From Opitutales bacterium (lineage in GTDB: Bacteria; Verrucomicrobiota; Verrucomicrobiia; Opitutales; JABSRG01), in contig JBMYOQ010000019.1 in assembly GCA_049599475.1 (NCBI GenBank), positions 1-56,055 of the forward strand: 56,055 bases of DNA, read 5' to 3'. The translations under genes were made by a program, and so were the position numbers. The notes below the pieces were generated by a model. That model was not told where the DNA came from. It saw only the letters and a program-made list of their open reading frames with translations, and ran no database searches. This document shows, piece after piece, positions 1-9,465 of this stretch (its first letter is position 1; every line of letters begins with the position of its first letter).

Positions 1-93
1 GTAAACGCTTCTTAGACAACCTTAAGGCTCTTTAATTTTTAGAATCGGTATCAGGAGCAAGAGGGTGGACGCTTTGGAAAAGTCCTGGGAAAG

Positions 94-942
94 TTGAAAG
101 GGGAGGTAGATCGGCCGCTTGCCGCTATTTTGAGTCTCAATACGATTGCTCATACGGTAGGAGCTGCCGGAGTGGGTGCGCAGGCTCAAGTGGTGTTTCA
201 GAGTCTACCGGTTTCCGTTGTCTCGGGTGTTCTGACATTACTGATACTAGTCCTTTCGGAGATCATTCCGAAGACCCTTGGGGCGACGTATTGGCGCGAA
301 TTGGCGAAGCCGTCAGCATACCTCATTCATTATCTTACCGCGCTTTTATTGCCTTTCGTTCTTCTTTCTAATCAGATTTCACGCTTCATTAAACCGGATA
401 AGGAAGGCCCAGCGACAAGTATCGAGGAGCTGGCAGCGCTCGCTCGCCTAGGGCACAACGAGGGTATTTTTGATTCGCTTGATGAGACGATGCTGCAGAG
501 CGCGATCCACTTTCAGTCGGTTCAAATATCCGAAATATTTACGCCGCGGAGTCAGGTCCAATTTCTCAAACCAGATGAGTCGATCAGGGAGGTTGCAAAA
601 CGCTTCGAGGAGATGAAGCACTCGCGCTATCCGATACTTGGAGATCGGGGGAAAATCGAAGGGTTTGCCCTCAGGGCGGATCTCTTGGAAGCTGCAGCTC
701 GTGACAATTTCGGTGCCCAGGTTATTGCCTTCAAGCGTGATGTCTTCGTAGTCCCGGAAACTGCGAAAGTGAAACACGCGCTTTCCTATTTTCTAAAAGC
801 GCGCGAACACCTTGCAGTCGTTGTGGACGAGTTTGGTAGTTTCGCAGGCATCCTCACAATGGAGGACGTGTTAGAAGTCCTTACTGGCCTTCAAATCGTG
901 GACGAACTCGACGAAGTAGAGTCTTACCGGAAGCGAGATTGA
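94..942 (+). CDS. CNNM/CorB-family (DUF21 + tandem CBS) membrane protein, apparently 5'-truncated
   Basis: DRPLAAILSLNTIAHTVGAAGVG and LVLSEIIPKTLG (DUF21); IFTPR, HSRYPI and VVVDEFGSFAGILTMEDVLE (CBS pair). TTG start; in-frame TAG at 40-42 removes the usual first TM helix. Confidence 0.8.
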   Translation: MKGEVDRPLAAILSLNTIAHTVGAAGVGAQAQVVFQSLPVSVVSGVLTLLILVLSEIIPKTLGATYWRELAKPSAYLIHYLTALLLPFVLLSNQISRFIKPDKEGPATSIEELAALARLGHNEGIFDSLDETMLQSAIHFQSVQISEIFTPRSQVQFLKPDESIREVAKRFEEMKHSRYPILGDRGKIEGFALRADLLEAAARDNFGAQVIAFKRDVFVVPETAKVKHALSYFLKAREHLAVVVDEFGSFAGILTMEDVLEVLTGLQIVDELDEVESYRKRD

Positions 943-958
943 ACAGGATGATGGAAAA

Positions 959-1339
959 CTATCCTACGACCGCAACTGCATCGATTTCGACGAGGGCATT
1001 CTTAGCTAGACCCGAGATCTCTACCGTTGCCCGCGCTGGTGGGTTTTCAGGGAAATAGCGGGCGTAGATCTCGTTGACAGTCGCGAAATCGCTCAAGTTC
1101 TGGATAAATACGTTGCACTTTACGACGTCGCTCATTGAGGCACCGGAAGCTTCGACGATGGCCTTTAGGTTGTCCAAAACCAGAACGGTTTGGGCTTCGA
1201 TGCCCTCTGGCACTTCTCCGGTCTCTGGGTGCATAGGAAGCTGGCCCGATGTGAAGAGGAAGCCTCCGGCGACGGTGCCTTGGTTGTAAGGGCCGATAGC
1301 TGCAGGAGCTTTGGAAGTAGAAATGATTTTCTTAGACAT
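959..1339 (-). CDS. ridA: RidA-family reactive enamine/imine deaminase
   Basis: APAAIGPYNQG, FTSGQLP, DVVKCNVF, PPARATVEI (catalytic Arg), VEIDAVA; 126 aa. Confidence 0.92.
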   Translation of the reverse strand: MSKKIISTSKAPAAIGPYNQGTVAGGFLFTSGQLPMHPETGEVPEGIEAQTVLVLDNLKAIVEASGASMSDVVKCNVFIQNLSDFATVNEIYARYFPENPPARATVEISGLAKNALVEIDAVAVVG

Positions 1340-1344
1340 AAAGG

Positions 1345-2310
1345 TCAGGGATTAACGACGTTTATCGCTTTCCCGTCAATGAAAGCTCCTAAGTTTTCTA
1401 TGGCTGTCTGCATGAGGCGAATACGTGATTCTTTGGGGGCCCAGGCAATGTGTGGAGTGATGATACAATTCTTCGCCTTGAGGAGTGGGTTGTCGGCTGG
1501 TATGGGTTCCTTGGAGACTACATCCACTGCAGCATAGGACACCTTGCCGGTTTCCAGGGCATTGGCGAGGTCTTGCTCATTTACGAGGGGGCCGCGTGAG
1601 GTGTTTATGATGATCACGCCGTCTTTCATTTTGGCGATTGTATCTTTATTTATGATACATTCGGTATCCGGCGTGAGGGGACAGTGGAGGCTAATGATGT
1701 CTGATTTTTCGAATACTTCTTCGAGCCCCGCATATTTGCAGGTTTCGCTTTCAAGCGATAGGTTTTTGGAGCGATTGTAGGCCAGAATGTTGAGGCCGAA
1801 TGCCCCCGCGACCTTTGCGGTTGCCTGTCCGATCCGGCCGAATCCGATACAGCCCATAGTTTTTCCTGCAAGCTCGATGAGAGGGGAATTCCAGTAGCAG
1901 AAATCGACGCTCTTTGTCCAATCGCCGCGTTTCACGGAATTGCTGTGGTCTCCGACATTGTGGCAGATTTCGAGAATCAGTGCCATAGTGAATTGAGCCA
2001 CTGAGAGGGTGCTATAGCTCGGTATGTTGGTCACTACGATCCCGAATTCTTTGGCGGTTTTGATGTCTACCACATTGAAACCGGTCGCCAAGACTCCGAT
2101 ATACTTTACAGAAGGGACCTTCTCGATGACTTCGCGAGGGATGAGGGTCTTGTTTGTGAAGACGATCTCAGCATCGCCGATGGCGCTGATCACCTTTTCG
2201 GGTGCTTGATCGGTGCGATCGTAGACTGTGCACTCTCCGTGTGCTTTGAGGCCATTCCAGTCCAGGTCGCCAGGATTGAGGGTGTATCCATCGAGGATCA
2301 CAATTTTCAT
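1345..2310 (-). CDS. D-2-hydroxyacid dehydrogenase (glycerate dehydrogenase/hydroxypyruvate reductase-like)
   Basis: MKIVILDGYTLNPGDL start, GFGRIG NAD-binding motif, SLHCPLT, INTSRG, AVDVVSKEP, TPHIAWA; start moved to ATG at 2310. Confidence 0.9.
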   Translation of the reverse strand: MKIVILDGYTLNPGDLDWNGLKAHGECTVYDRTDQAPEKVISAIGDAEIVFTNKTLIPREVIEKVPSVKYIGVLATGFNVVDIKTAKEFGIVVTNIPSYSTLSVAQFTMALILEICHNVGDHSNSVKRGDWTKSVDFCYWNSPLIELAGKTMGCIGFGRIGQATAKVAGAFGLNILAYNRSKNLSLESETCKYAGLEEVFEKSDIISLHCPLTPDTECIINKDTIAKMKDGVIIINTSRGPLVNEQDLANALETGKVSYAAVDVVSKEPIPADNPLLKAKNCIITPHIAWAPKESRIRLMQTAIENLGAFIDGKAINVVNP

Positions 2311-2468
2311 AGATATAAAAAGTTGGATGGATTTTCTGAGTCTATTCCAAGCTAGCCTCAATGTGCGGCTTCAGTTCTCGATGACAATATCAGTATCTCT
2401 GCGAATTGAAAATATGCCGCAAATTTTAAGTCATCTTTTCATGTCCCACTCCGTATCTACCTGTGATT

Positions 2469-3029
2469 ATGAAGACTATTCTACTCTCTCTTGTATCCCT
2501 CTTGTGTTTTAACGCCGCTCATGCCGAATGGGTTTCCCTCTTCGATGGGAAGACATTGAACGGCTGGACCTCCCAGGCAGAAGCGATCAACTGGCGGGTC
2601 GAAGACGGCGCAATCGTCGCTAATTCGGGTCCGAAAGGATTGCTCACAACGCCTCAGCTTTTCGAAAATTATACCCTGGAATTGGATTTCAAGGCAGCGA
2701 TCGGCACAAATAGCGGCATATTTCTAAACACCGAGCCGGTTGTGAAAAATGAGGCGACCCAGTGTTATGAAGTGAACATCGCTCCACAGACGAATGGATT
2801 CCCTTTGGGCAGTCTGGTGAAATTTCATAAGATTGAAGGTATCGAAGAAAAGGATACTTGGCGGACCTATTCGATTACTCTGAATGAAGGCACCATCACA
2901 GTGGTTCTCGACGGAGAGAAGCTTTACGAACACACACCGAGTCACGTGCGTCCAGTGAGCCTGATTGGCCTGCAGAAGAATCGAGGTCCAATTGCTTTCC
3001 GAAATATCCGAATGAAGGAAATTCAGTAG
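2469..3029 (+). CDS. Secreted DUF1080 (3-keto-disaccharide hydrolase-like) protein
   Basis: Signal peptide MKTILLSLVSLLCFNAAHA; WVSLFDGKTLNGW, WRVEDGAI, NSGIF, IGLQ...IAFRNIRMKE. Confidence 0.85.
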   Translation: MKTILLSLVSLLCFNAAHAEWVSLFDGKTLNGWTSQAEAINWRVEDGAIVANSGPKGLLTTPQLFENYTLELDFKAAIGTNSGIFLNTEPVVKNEATQCYEVNIAPQTNGFPLGSLVKFHKIEGIEEKDTWRTYSITLNEGTITVVLDGEKLYEHTPSHVRPVSLIGLQKNRGPIAFRNIRMKEIQ

Positions 3030-3130
3030 CCGCATCCTGCAAGTTTGGTTAGCACGCCTCTGCTTGAGCACAGGCGTCTTCCCATTATCCTGTCTTGATT
3101 ATACCCGTTGTTATCTGTAACTCGAAATCC

Positions 3131-3592
3131 ATGAGTTACGAAGCACGCATTCAAGAATTGGGCCTTGAGGTCCCGCCCGCTCCGGCTCCCGGGGGTAATT
3201 ACGTTCCGACGATGAAGGTCGGAAATCTCGTCTATACCGCTGGGACGATTTGTATCCAAAACGGGGAGATGACCCATACGGGTCAAGTTGGGGGCGAACG
3301 AACGATCGAGGAAGGCTATGAGGGTGCCAAGGTCTGTGCGCTCAATCTACTGGCAGCCATTCGTGCGGCAGTGGGGAGCTTGGACAAGGTCGACCATTTT
3401 GTCTCGGTATCTGGATATGTGAACGGTGTTTCGGGATTTCCCGATAGTCCGGCAGTGATCAACGGAACCTCCGATCTGCTCTTAGATATTTTTGGAGATG
3501 CAGGGAAACACGTGCGTGCGGCGGTATCCGTGGCAGGTTTGCCGAAAAATTCTACTGTAGAAGTTCAGTGTGTGGTCGCTATTAAAGAGTAG
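3131..3592 (+). CDS. Rid (YjgF/YER057c/UK114) family protein, non-RidA subfamily
   Basis: ELGLEVPPAPAPGGNYVP, GQVG, VINGTSDLLLDIFGDAGKHVRAAVSVAGLP, VEV; start at ATG 3131. Confidence 0.88.
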   Translation: MSYEARIQELGLEVPPAPAPGGNYVPTMKVGNLVYTAGTICIQNGEMTHTGQVGGERTIEEGYEGAKVCALNLLAAIRAAVGSLDKVDHFVSVSGYVNGVSGFPDSPAVINGTSDLLLDIFGDAGKHVRAAVSVAGLPKNSTVEVQCVVAIKE

Positions 3593-3601
3593 CGCACTCT
3601 C

Positions 3602-4099
3602 ATGCCGAAACCTCTAGATCCAGACGATCTCAAGAAACAGATAGCCAGCACGCGGGCCCATCTCGCGTGGCTGGAGTCCTTGCTGGGCGAAAAGGAAGAA
3701 ACAGCCGCTGCGCCCAAACCGGCGGAGGCTGCGGATAGTGTCTCAAAACCGGTAGCAGAAGAGCCCACGGTTGAAGCCCCTGTTGAGCAGGAAGCACCTG
3801 CTCAAGCTTCCGAACCTTCCGAAAGCTTGGCAAAGCCTGAGGAGCCGAAACCGGCCAAACCTGAGGTTCCGGAAATTTCCGAGGAAGACATGCGTCGCAT
3901 GGCCGAGGGCGATGTGAGTGTCTCGGCGCAAGTCGCGCAGGTCCGCAACGGCTGTATCGGCTTAGCGGTGTTTGGTATTATCGTGATCGCGGTGATCTAC
4001 TGGGTATGGTCCGTAAAGCAGGACGAAAAGCGGGCCGAGGAGGATGCTACATCCTCTTCAGCACTGGAATACCGAGTAGACCCAGACCAATGGTCATAA
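3602..4099 (+). CDS. Hypothetical single-pass membrane protein with Pro/Glu/Ala-rich linker
   Basis: ATG 9 bp after the Rid gene; helical N-terminus, low-complexity linker, hydrophobic segment IGLAVFGIIVIAVIYWVW; 3' end overlaps argS by 53 bp. Confidence 0.65.
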   Translation: MPKPLDPDDLKKQIASTRAHLAWLESLLGEKEETAAAPKPAEAADSVSKPVAEEPTVEAPVEQEAPAQASEPSESLAKPEEPKPAKPEVPEISEEDMRRMAEGDVSVSAQVAQVRNGCIGLAVFGIIVIAVIYWVWSVKQDEKRAEEDATSSSALEYRVDPDQWS

Positions 4100-5810
4100 C
4101 GGTCAAAGTACGATTGCAAAGCGCGAGTCGGCGCGCTTTCACATCGGGAGCTTCACCCTGCACGCGGTCGGCGTTGTAAAAAGAGCTGAAGGCCCCGGCT
4201 AGCTCGTAGAGGTAGGCGCACATGAAGTGTGGGCGTAGATCGGAAAGTGTCTGTTTGAAAGCGTCCATGAAGCCCATGAGCTTACGCGCGAGTGCCAGTT
4301 CGGTCTCGGTCTCCAAGTCGGATGCGCCGTCTTCTCCGGTGCCGGGCTCCATTTCGAGCTTCCGGAAAATGTTCTGAATGCGCGCCGTTGCGTAGAGCAG
4401 GTACGGCGCGGTATTCCCCTCAAAGCTCAGCAGTTTTTCCCAGCTGAACAAATAGTCGCTCGCGCGGTTTTGGCTGAGGTCCACATAGCGGACCGCATTG
4501 ACTCCGACTACTTCGGCGATGTGCTTCCGCTCGTCTTCGGGAAGGTCAGGGTTCTTCTCGGCGACGATTTTCTCAGAGCGCTCGATGGCTTCGGCTAAAA
4601 GTTCCTTCAGCTTTACAGATGTGCCTTCCTTGGTTTTGAGAGGCTTTCCATTTTCGCCGAGAATGGTTCCGAAGCTCACATGCTTGAGGCCCGGGACATC
4701 CCAGCCTTGTTTTTCATACCACTTGCCGGCGGTGAGGAAGAGCTGCTCAAAATGGTCGCTCTGGCGAGAGTCTACGACGTAGATCGACTCGTCTACTCCA
4801 AGTTCGTGGGTCCGGTGGTAGATCGTAGCCAGATCGGTAGTCGCATAGTTGGACGCACCATCTGCTTTGCGAATGATGAAGGGCTGCTTCTTGAAACGCT
4901 TGTGCTCCGGGTGGAAGACGACGACAGCGCCATCGCTCTCTTCGGAGAGGCCCGATTTTTCCATCGCCTCATAGATGAAGTCCACCTTGTCGCGGTAGAA
5001 ACTCTCGCCCAAGACGAGATCGAAGGAGATGCCGAGCTGCTGGTAAATCTTATCAAAAGCGCTCCAGCTTAGATCGGTGATCTTTTGCCAGATTGCCAAG
5101 TTCTCGGGATCACCTGACTGTAGTTTGACGAGCTCCTGGCGCACGGCGTCGGCGGTCTCGTCGGAAGATTTGTATGCGGCATTTCCGGCTTTGTAGAGAG
5201 CCTCGAGATCGGCAATGACATCCTCGTGCTCGGCATCGAGATCGAATCCGCTGTCCTTGATTCCCCAGATGATCATTCCGAACTGAGTGCCCCAATCGCC
5301 AATATGATTGTCGCTCAATACTTCAGCACCTGCGAATTTCAGAATGCGTGCAATAGCGTCTCCGATGACCGTGGAGCGGATATGGCCGACGTGCATCTCC
5401 TTCGCTGTGTTCGGAGATGAGTAGTCGACTACGATCTTGCGTCCGGCCTTGAGTTTGCTGGCCGCATCCGCGAAGGCGCTACTTTCCTTGTAAGTCTCGA
5501 CCCATTTGGACAGGGCGGCATTGGAAAATTTGAAATTGATGAACCCCGGCCCTGCTAGCTCCATCGACACGCCAGCCTCGGCGAAAAATGAATCGGCCTG
5601 CAGGGCATCCATGAGAGCTTGTCCGAGCGCGCGTGGGTTGGTGCGTTGTCGCTTCGCATAGGGAAGCACGCCGTTGGCCTGGTAGTCACCAAAGCGCGGA
5701 TCTGCGGGACGGACATCGGGTTCGAAGGACGCATCGAAGCCTTCGACACCGGAAGCGGTCTCGCGGATTTTTTCAGCTAGAGTCTCTGCAGGGTCAAACC
5801 AAGCGATCAT
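4047..5810 (-). CDS. argS: Arginine--tRNA ligase
   Basis: FGDYQAN, AGPGFINF, VDYSSPNTAKEMHVGHIRSTVIGD (HIGH), NHIGDWGTQFG, GNTAPYLLYATARI, C-terminal LGLLGIPVLKRM. Confidence 0.97.
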   Translation of the reverse strand: MIAWFDPAETLAEKIRETASGVEGFDASFEPDVRPADPRFGDYQANGVLPYAKRQRTNPRALGQALMDALQADSFFAEAGVSMELAGPGFINFKFSNAALSKWVETYKESSAFADAASKLKAGRKIVVDYSSPNTAKEMHVGHIRSTVIGDAIARILKFAGAEVLSDNHIGDWGTQFGMIIWGIKDSGFDLDAEHEDVIADLEALYKAGNAAYKSSDETADAVRQELVKLQSGDPENLAIWQKITDLSWSAFDKIYQQLGISFDLVLGESFYRDKVDFIYEAMEKSGLSEESDGAVVVFHPEHKRFKKQPFIIRKADGASNYATTDLATIYHRTHELGVDESIYVVDSRQSDHFEQLFLTAGKWYEKQGWDVPGLKHVSFGTILGENGKPLKTKEGTSVKLKELLAEAIERSEKIVAEKNPDLPEDERKHIAEVVGVNAVRYVDLSQNRASDYLFSWEKLLSFEGNTAPYLLYATARIQNIFRKLEMEPGTGEDGASDLETETELALARKLMGFMDAFKQTLSDLRPHFMCAYLYELAGAFSSFYNADRVQGEAPDVKARRLALCNRTLTVMTIGLGLLGIPVLKRM

Positions 5811-6056
5811 CCGCGTATGCAATTGGGAGCGGGGCAGAGGTCAAAGGGATTCCGCTGCGGGATGTGCTTTTGTATGCGTTGCGGAAAAGAGCTATGCTGG
5901 AGTGTCGGGGAGCGGAAATTAGGGTTCGATAATCAGATTAGGATAAGTTTTGTTAAGATTAAATCGATTAATAGTAAGTAAAACTTATGGAAGGTGCCTC
6001 GCATCCTATTGCAATTCGGTCTGCTAATGGCTAGCGGTAGAGCCTTATTCTGCATC

Positions 6057-7250
6057 ATGTCTATGAAACCTGCGATCCTTGTAATAAACTGTGGGAGCTC
6101 CTCGATTAAGTTCGCGGTGATTGCTCCTGAGACTGGAGAGGTGTTTCTCTCGGGAATCGCGGAACGTCTCGGTGATGCCGATGGCCAGATGTCCGTGAAA
6201 TATGGAGATAAGGCCTCGGAAATTGACTTAGGTAACGCTGATCATGCTCAGGCCATGGATCGTATCCTCGTCGAGCTCGATGGCTGGCTGGGTGGCGGCG
6301 CCGAAGTCGTCGCTGTCGGTCACCGAGTAGTGCATGGAGGGGAGGCCTTTTCTGGAGCTGCCAGTATCACCCCCGAGGTGATTGAATCGATCGAAGCCTG
6401 TAGCACGCTGGCACCCTTGCATAATCCCATGAATCTTTTGGGGATTCGAGCTGTTCAGGCATCGCGCCCCGAATTGCCCCAAGTCGCGGTATTTGATACG
6501 GCATTCCACCAGACTTTACCGGAGCAGGCTTACTTGTATGCGATACCCTACAAGCTATACGAGGAGGCATCGATTCGTCGTTATGGGTTTCATGGTACAA
6601 GTCACCAATATGTGGCGCAGGCGGTCGCTAAAGAAATGGACAAGCCGCTGGGCGAGATTGGTATCGTGACTCTTCATCTGGGTAACGGTTGTAGTGCTTG
6701 TGCCATACAGGGAGGAATGAGTGTGGATACGACAATGGGACTGTCTCCGCTAGAAGGAATGGCCATGGGAACGCGTTCAGGTAATGTCGACCCAGACCTG
6801 CCGCGCTTTTTAAATGAGCAGCAAGGCATGGCCTTTTCTGAAATTTCAAAAATGCTGAACAAGGAGTCCGGGCTTCTTGGGCTCTCCGGGACGAGCAACG
6901 ATATGCGCACCTTGTCTGAAGCTGCCGAGGGTGGAGATATGGCGGCCAAGCGAGCCATCGATGTCTTCTGTTACCGCGCAGCAAAGGCTGTGATGGAAAT
7001 GGCGGTGGCCTTGGATCATCTCGATGCAGTTGTATTTACCGGAGGCATAGGGGAAAATGCCCGAGGCGTGCGTGCGCAGATTATTCAGAATTTACGCGTG
7101 CTTGGCTTCGAGGTCTCCCAAGTCTTGAATCAGCAAGTTCCGCGCGGAGTTGCGTGCTGCATTAGCACGGAGCGTAGCCGCAGCGAAGTGTGGGTCGTGC
7201 CCACCAATGAGGAGCTCATGATCGCGCAACAAACTTTCAATATCCACTAG
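6057..7250 (+). CDS. ackA: Acetate kinase
   Basis: LVINCGSSSIKF, GHRVVHGG, APLHNP, VFDTAFHQT, RRYGFHGTSH, HLGNG, FTGGIGEN, PTNEEL. Confidence 0.97.
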   Translation: MSMKPAILVINCGSSSIKFAVIAPETGEVFLSGIAERLGDADGQMSVKYGDKASEIDLGNADHAQAMDRILVELDGWLGGGAEVVAVGHRVVHGGEAFSGAASITPEVIESIEACSTLAPLHNPMNLLGIRAVQASRPELPQVAVFDTAFHQTLPEQAYLYAIPYKLYEEASIRRYGFHGTSHQYVAQAVAKEMDKPLGEIGIVTLHLGNGCSACAIQGGMSVDTTMGLSPLEGMAMGTRSGNVDPDLPRFLNEQQGMAFSEISKMLNKESGLLGLSGTSNDMRTLSEAAEGGDMAAKRAIDVFCYRAAKAVMEMAVALDHLDAVVFTGGIGENARGVRAQIIQNLRVLGFEVSQVLNQQVPRGVACCISTERSRSEVWVVPTNEELMIAQQTFNIH

Positions 7251-7260
7251 CCCTAGACGT

Positions 7261-9438
7261 ATGCACATCTTCTTCCTCTGTTCTTCTAGCTTGAATGCGG
7301 GCCTGACCACGGTATCGCTGGGTTTGGCTCGCTGCCTAGACCGCCAGGGCGTCCGAGTCGCCTTTTGTAAACCGATCAGTCAAAAGCCCATTGATGTAAA
7401 CCATCCTGACTCGTCGATCGAGTTTGCGGAAAAGCTCTTTGGGATTCGCCCCCCGGAGCCGATTTCGATTGATGATGCCGAGGACCATTTGCGGCGCGAT
7501 GCAGTGGATGATCTTATGGAGCGTGTCGTGGCGATGGTTGAGTCGCTCGAAGGCCGTGCGGATGTGGTAGTCGTGGAAGGGCTTTTGCCTGAGGCAGCGC
7601 AATCGTTCAAAGGGCGCTTAAATAGCGCAGTCGCTCGAACTCTGGGTGCAGATGTGATTATCGTCGGGCGTCACAAGGTGGGCGAGTATGGACCCTTTGA
7701 GAAAAATATAGATGTATCCGCCACGACATACGGTAGTCATGGGGATTATTCGAGTGTCGCGGGCTGTATCGCCAATCGCGTGAAATTCGAGGGGGTCGGG
7801 GATGCTGAAGTGGCTGAAGGCTTGCCGGTGCTTACTGAAGCCTCGGGCGATAGCGGCATCAATGAGCTTGAGATCGTTGAAAAGAGTGAGTCGGAAGCTG
7901 AGGCCATTTGGAAAAATTGTGAGCTGCTGAAGCGGCATGATATTTCGTTTCTAGGCTGTATCCCGGATAATCCGGCTATGCGTTCGGTGCGCATGGTGGA
8001 TATTGCCTCGGAGTTGAATGCCGAAGTGCTTTACGAAGGCGACTTGAAAAAACGTCGCGTGGCTTCAATCGCCTTGACCGCGCGGAATCTACCGAACGTG
8101 CTCAGGTCATTACGCCCAGGGGCTCTTATAATTGCCCCTGCAGATCGTCATGATTTAATCCTCACGGTATCGCTTGCCGCTATTAATAAAGTGGCTCTCG
8201 CGGGGCTAGTGCTTACGGGCTCAATGGAGCTGGACAAGCGCACTATGGAGTTGTGTGAAATTGGGTTTAAGACGTCGGGTTTGCCGGTATTGCGTGTGCG
8301 TACCGATAGTTTTAGGACGGCTTCTATTTTGGCGAGTGTGTCTCCTGAGGTGCCCGTCGATGACTTTAGACGCTTGGAGCGTGTCATTGATTTTGTAGCA
8401 CGGAGCCTGAGTAGTGATTGGTTCCGTGATCGGGTGGCACAGCACATCAAGACGCGTATGTCGCCTGCGGCCTTCCGTCACATGGTCAGCAAAATGGCGC
8501 GTGCGAATCCGCGGAAAATTGTCCTTCCGGAAGGTGAAGAGCCGCGGACAATCGAAGCTGCGGCGGCCTGTGAGGCTCGGGGCATCGCACAGTGTGTCCT
8601 TCTGGGTAATCCGGATAACGTACGCCGTATTGCAGATGCTGGGGGTGTGCAATTGCCGAGCTCGTTGACAATTATTGATCCGGTCGCAGTCAGAGAGAAT
8701 TATTTGGCCCCCCTTCTGGAGCGTCGCGCGCACAAGGGGCTGTCTGAAGAACGTGCCCGTGAAGGCTTGGAAGATACCGTAGTCCTCGGGACAATGATGC
8801 TCGAGTTGGGTGAGGTGGACGGCCTGGTGTCGGGAGCCGTGCACTCTTCTGCGAATACGATTCGCCCGGCACTTCAAATTATCAAGACCAAGCCAGATGC
8901 TGGAATTGTGTCATCGGTGTTCTTCATGTGTCTGCCTGATCAAGTATTGGTCTACGGCGACTGTGCGGTTAATCCAGACCCGAAGGCGTCTGAGCTGGCC
9001 GATATTGCGATTCAGAGTGCGGATACTGCGGTGAAATTTGGCATCGAGCCGATCGTGGCATTGATCAGCTACAGTACAGGCTCATCGGGCTCAGGGGCGG
9101 ATGTTGAAAAGGTCGTTGAAGCCGTGAAAATGGTGAAAGAGCGCAGACCAGATCTTTTAGTAGATGGACCTCTACAATACGACTCTGCATCCACACCGGA
9201 TGTGGCGGCGAAAAAGGCTCCGGACAGCCCAGTCGCGGGCAAGGCGACCGTGTTTGTGTTCCCTGATTTAAATACAGGGAATACAACGTATAAAGCGGTT
9301 CAGCGCAGTGCGAATTTGATCTCCATTGGTCCCGTGCTGCAGGGCTTAAAGAAGCCAGTTAATGATCTGAGCCGCGGTGCCTTGGTCGATGATATTATCT
9401 ATACAATCGCTGTGACTGCGATCCAAGCGGTTGAGTAG
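7261..9438 (+). CDS. pta: Phosphate acetyltransferase, long form (BioD-like/DRTGG + PTA domains)
   Basis: N-terminal AFCKPI and VVVEG, IVLPEGEEPRT, YGDCAVNPDP, DGPLQYD, FPDLNTGN, KPVNDLSRG; follows ackA. Confidence 0.96.
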   Translation: MHIFFLCSSSLNAGLTTVSLGLARCLDRQGVRVAFCKPISQKPIDVNHPDSSIEFAEKLFGIRPPEPISIDDAEDHLRRDAVDDLMERVVAMVESLEGRADVVVVEGLLPEAAQSFKGRLNSAVARTLGADVIIVGRHKVGEYGPFEKNIDVSATTYGSHGDYSSVAGCIANRVKFEGVGDAEVAEGLPVLTEASGDSGINELEIVEKSESEAEAIWKNCELLKRHDISFLGCIPDNPAMRSVRMVDIASELNAEVLYEGDLKKRRVASIALTARNLPNVLRSLRPGALIIAPADRHDLILTVSLAAINKVALAGLVLTGSMELDKRTMELCEIGFKTSGLPVLRVRTDSFRTASILASVSPEVPVDDFRRLERVIDFVARSLSSDWFRDRVAQHIKTRMSPAAFRHMVSKMARANPRKIVLPEGEEPRTIEAAAACEARGIAQCVLLGNPDNVRRIADAGGVQLPSSLTIIDPVAVRENYLAPLLERRAHKGLSEERAREGLEDTVVLGTMMLELGEVDGLVSGAVHSSANTIRPALQIIKTKPDAGIVSSVFFMCLPDQVLVYGDCAVNPDPKASELADIAIQSADTAVKFGIEPIVALISYSTGSSGSGADVEKVVEAVKMVKERRPDLLVDGPLQYDSASTPDVAAKKAPDSPVAGKATVFVFPDLNTGNTTYKAVQRSANLISIGPVLQGLKKPVNDLSRGALVDDIIYTIAVTAIQAVE

Positions 9439-9465
9439 TAGCAGTATTCTTTGCTACTTGGGCGG

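Noticed and set aside
1..42. Possible IS terminal repeat at the window start
   Set aside because: No transposase or partner repeat is visible; the stretch reads equally well as the 3' end of an upstream gene.
5943..5988. ATAAGTTTT / AAAACTTAT inverted repeat between argS and ackA
   Set aside because: A 9-bp AT-only-like repeat in an AT-rich spacer with no match to an operator I can name; plausible but unsupported.
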